From Escherichia coli (GTDB taxonomy: Bacteria > Pseudomonadota > Gammaproteobacteria > Enterobacterales > Enterobacteriaceae), in the NCBI RefSeq assembly GCF_901733115.1, contig NZ_LR595691.1: a stretch of 32,000 nucleotides of DNA. One strand, 5' to 3'. Positions within the stretch are counted from its first letter, which is position 1. The number at the start of each line of letters is the position of its first letter. The notes under the pieces were generated by a model, which was not told the origin of the DNA, ran no database searches, and worked only from the letters and a program-made list of their open reading frames with translations. This document shows positions 29,797 to 32,000 of the stretch, in pieces. Made by a program: the position numbers and the translations under genes.

Positions 29797-31047
29797 TTAG
29801 CGATCAGTTTCGGTGATCCACAGCTGGCCACCTTCCATCCACGCCAGCCATTGACCATCCGGCGAGAAGACCACGGCGTCCGCAGAAGGTGGATTGGCGT
29901 GGTTTTCGGTTAAATACTCAACCTCGCCGCTTTGCGCATGGGCACAAGCAATTCGATTATCCAGCACAAAGCCCAACCATTCTCCTGACGGATGCCAGTT
30001 AAATGCAGACTGAATATCCGTTTTGTTATGGGTTAACTGGCGCGGCTCGCCGCCCTGTGGCGAGATAAGCCACAGTTGCACAATGCCGTTATCATCACGC
30101 ATTAAAAACGCGATTTGCGTACCCTGCGGATTACAGCGCACCCAGTGGCGCGGGACGTTGACTAACCCCGGATAAGCCCGATGGTGGGTAAAGGTTAAAC
30201 GTCGCTGCACGACGCCGCGCGGTGGCGCGGGCAGGGTGGTTTCCGTTCCACTTAACGGCGCATCACCTGCCGCTTTCCAGCCAGCTTCATCTTGCGGTAA
30301 CTCAACGATAAACAGCTCCGGCACTTTCTCGCCCTTTGGCGAAAGTGTGTCGCCAATAAACGCCAGCGCGTGATTTCCTACCCATCCTTCTTCATAAGCA
30401 CGATTGATTTCATCGCTGCCAGGCTGCGGCGTGGGCGTGGTTTTACTCACCAGCACGCACCAGTGGCTACCGCTGTATTCACGCGGATGCTGCTTTTGTA
30501 CGTTGACCGGGCCAAACGGCGCAGCAACACCGACGTTTCGCAAATCCAGCGCCGGATCGAGTTCATGCATTACATGGTCGTTATAGGTAAAGCTCACCCT
30601 TTCACCGTTCGGGCTAAAGACATGCACATGGCTGCCGCCGCGCAGCGCTCCTGGCGTATACGGCGCGGTAATATCCATTGCATCGAGATTGCTCACCTTG
30701 CCGCCTTCAGCAATGACTCCGCGTCGATGATGGAAATCGTAATGCCATGTTTCATCAGGATTTTCCGGGCCATGGATGAAAACATATTTCTCTGACTTCG
30801 GATGAACGGTCACCACGCCGACGTGTGCGCCCTGTGACGCGCGATAGATAACCTCGACCTCGCCGGTATGGATATTCACACGCTCAATGGTCTCGCCGGT
30901 AAACGACGCCCCAGAAGGACGCACGTCAAATACCAGCCACTGGCTGTCGGGCGTCCAGGTATTGGTATTGGTGAGCAGGTGATTACGGGGAGCAAAGGTT
31001 ATCTGTTTCATGGCGCGGTCCTGATACAAAACGGGTCCCGCCATCAT
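29797..31047 (-). CDS. yidR: Cytoplasmic beta-propeller protein with TolB/PD40-like repeats, unknown function (about 404-416 aa; start uncertain)
   Basis: Recurrent PD40-type motifs are present: WTPDSQWLVFD, FSPNGERVSFT, CNPQGTQIAFL, WHPSGEWLGFV and FSPDGQWLAWM. There is no signal peptide. Candidate starts are at 31047, 31044 and 31011, none with a strong SD. Confidence 0.85.
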   Translation of the reverse strand: MMAGPVLYQDRAMKQITFAPRNHLLTNTNTWTPDSQWLVFDVRPSGASFTGETIERVNIHTGEVEVIYRASQGAHVGVVTVHPKSEKYVFIHGPENPDETWHYDFHHRRGVIAEGGKVSNLDAMDITAPYTPGALRGGSHVHVFSPNGERVSFTYNDHVMHELDPALDLRNVGVAAPFGPVNVQKQHPREYSGSHWCVLVSKTTPTPQPGSDEINRAYEEGWVGNHALAFIGDTLSPKGEKVPELFIVELPQDEAGWKAAGDAPLSGTETTLPAPPRGVVQRRLTFTHHRAYPGLVNVPRHWVRCNPQGTQIAFLMRDDNGIVQLWLISPQGGEPRQLTHNKTDIQSAFNWHPSGEWLGFVLDNRIACAHAQSGEVEYLTENHANPPSADAVVFSPDGQWLAWMEGGQLWITETDR

Positions 31048-31049
31048 AC

Positions 31050-31065
31050 TTCACAAGGACTTCAC
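31050..31065 (+). promoter_or_regulatory. cre tag (CreB response-regulator binding site) upstream of cbrA
   Basis: TTCACAAGGACTTCAC exactly matches the direct-repeat consensus TTCAC-N6-TTCAC. It lies about 47 nt upstream of the cbrA ATG. As I remember it, cbrA (yidS) is a CreBC-regulated gene. Confidence 0.7.
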
Positions 31066-31111
31066 TTTCAGACAATAGTCTTTTGCCATCGTGATGAATG
31101 TGAGTGAAAAG

Positions 31112-32000
31112 ATGGAACATTTCGACGTGGCGATTATTGGCCTCGGCCCGGCAGGATCGGCGTTGGCGCGAAAATTAGCAGGCAAAATGCAGGTGATCGC
31201 GCTGGATAAAAAGCACCAGTGTGGTACTGAAGGTTTCAGCAAACCTTGCGGCGGTCTGCTGGCACCGGACGCGCAGCGATCTTTTATTCGCGATGGACTG
31301 ACGCTTCCTGTCGATGTGATCGCCAATCCACAGATTTTCAGCGTCAAAACTGTCGACGTCGCCGCATCGCTCACGCGTAACTACCAGCGAAGCTATATCA
31401 ATATTAATCGCCATGCTTTCGACTTGTGGATGAAATCGCTGATCCCCACCAGCGTTGAGGTTTATCACGATAGCCTGTGCCGAAAAATCTGGCGTGAGGA
31501 TGATAAATGGCATGTCATTTTTCGTGCAGACGGCTGGGAGCAACATATTACCGCCCGCTATCTGGTCGGTGCCGATGGCGCAAACTCGATGGTGCGGCGA
31601 CATCTCTACCCGGATCATCAAATCCGTAAATATGTCGCTATCCAGCAGTGGTTCGTGGAGAAACATCCGGTGCCGTTCTACTCCTGCATCTTTGATAATT
31701 CGATAACTAACTGTTATTCATGGAGTATCAGCAAAGACGGTTATTTTATCTTTGGCGGTGCTTATCCAATGAAAGACGGTCAGACGCGTTTCACGACGCT
31801 GAAAGAGAAAATGAGCGCCTTTCAGTTCCAGTTTGGTAAGGCGGTGAAAAGCGAAAAATGCACGGTGCTGTTTCCCTCACGCTGGCAGGATTTTGTCTGC
31901 GGTAAGGACAACGCCTTTCTGATTGGCGAAGCGGCAGGATTTATCAGCGCCAGTTCGCTGGAGGGGATTAGCTATGCGCTGGATAGCGCAGACATTCTGC
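31112..32000 (+). CDS. cbrA: FAD-dependent oxidoreductase (geranylgeranyl-reductase-like), colicin M resistance protein; N-terminal 296 codons, 3' end outside the window
   Basis: I translated manually from ATG 31112: [34 protein letters not shown]... has a GxGxxG Rossmann motif, and the frame stays open to the window end. It is absent from the ORF track because there is no stop inside the window. Confidence 0.9.
   Translation, partial: MEHFDVAIIGLGPAGSALARKLAGKMQVIALDKKHQCGTEGFSKPCGGLLAPDAQRSFIRDGLTLPVDVIANPQIFSVKTVDVAASLTRNYQRSYININRHAFDLWMKSLIPTSVEVYHDSLCRKIWREDDKWHVIFRADGWEQHITARYLVGADGANSMVRRHLYPDHQIRKYVAIQQWFVEKHPVPFYSCIFDNSITNCYSWSISKDGYFIFGGAYPMKDGQTRFTTLKEKMSAFQFQFGKAVKSEKCTVLFPSRWQDFVCGKDNAFLIGEAAGFISASSLEGISYALDSADIL

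Overview
This window looks like enterobacterial core chromosome. Gene order, protein termini and several regulatory sites match what I remember of Escherichia coli K-12 near 83 min, running from yicL to cbrA; this is recognition from memory, not a database search. I support about 30 protein-coding genes or pseudogenes. These are yicL' (partial), nlpA, yicS, nepI, yicN, adeQ (yicO), ade, uhpT, uhpC, uhpB, uhpA, ilvN, ilvB, ivbL, tisA/tisB, emrD, yidF, yidG, yidH, yidI, yidJ, yidK, yidL, glvG (pseudogene), glvCB, yidP, yidE, ibpB, ibpA, yidQ, yidR and cbrA' (partial). There is also the sRNA IstR-1/IstR-2, several Rho-independent terminators, a REP/BIME-like element and a GC-rich inverted intergenic repeat. 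Regulatory sites readable from the sequence include a LexA box, the uhpT CRP and UhpA sites, the ibpA sigma32 promoter and a cre tag upstream of cbrA. I see no rRNA, tRNA, CRISPR array, IS element, integrase or prophage remnant. The most system-like known element is the SOS-controlled tisB/istR-1 type I toxin-antitoxin module. The least explained part is the 16.8-22.9 kb yid block. It holds a cytoplasmic Cys-type sulfatase coupled to an SSS symporter, an AraC regulator, a truncated radical-SAM maturase remnant and a DUF202 membrane-protein pair. The other under-explained part is the decaying glv PTS/alpha-glucosidase operon with its divergent GntR regulator and a 22-bp palindrome. I do not see convincing evidence for a wholly new system such as a defence island, so the candidates below carry moderate interest scores.
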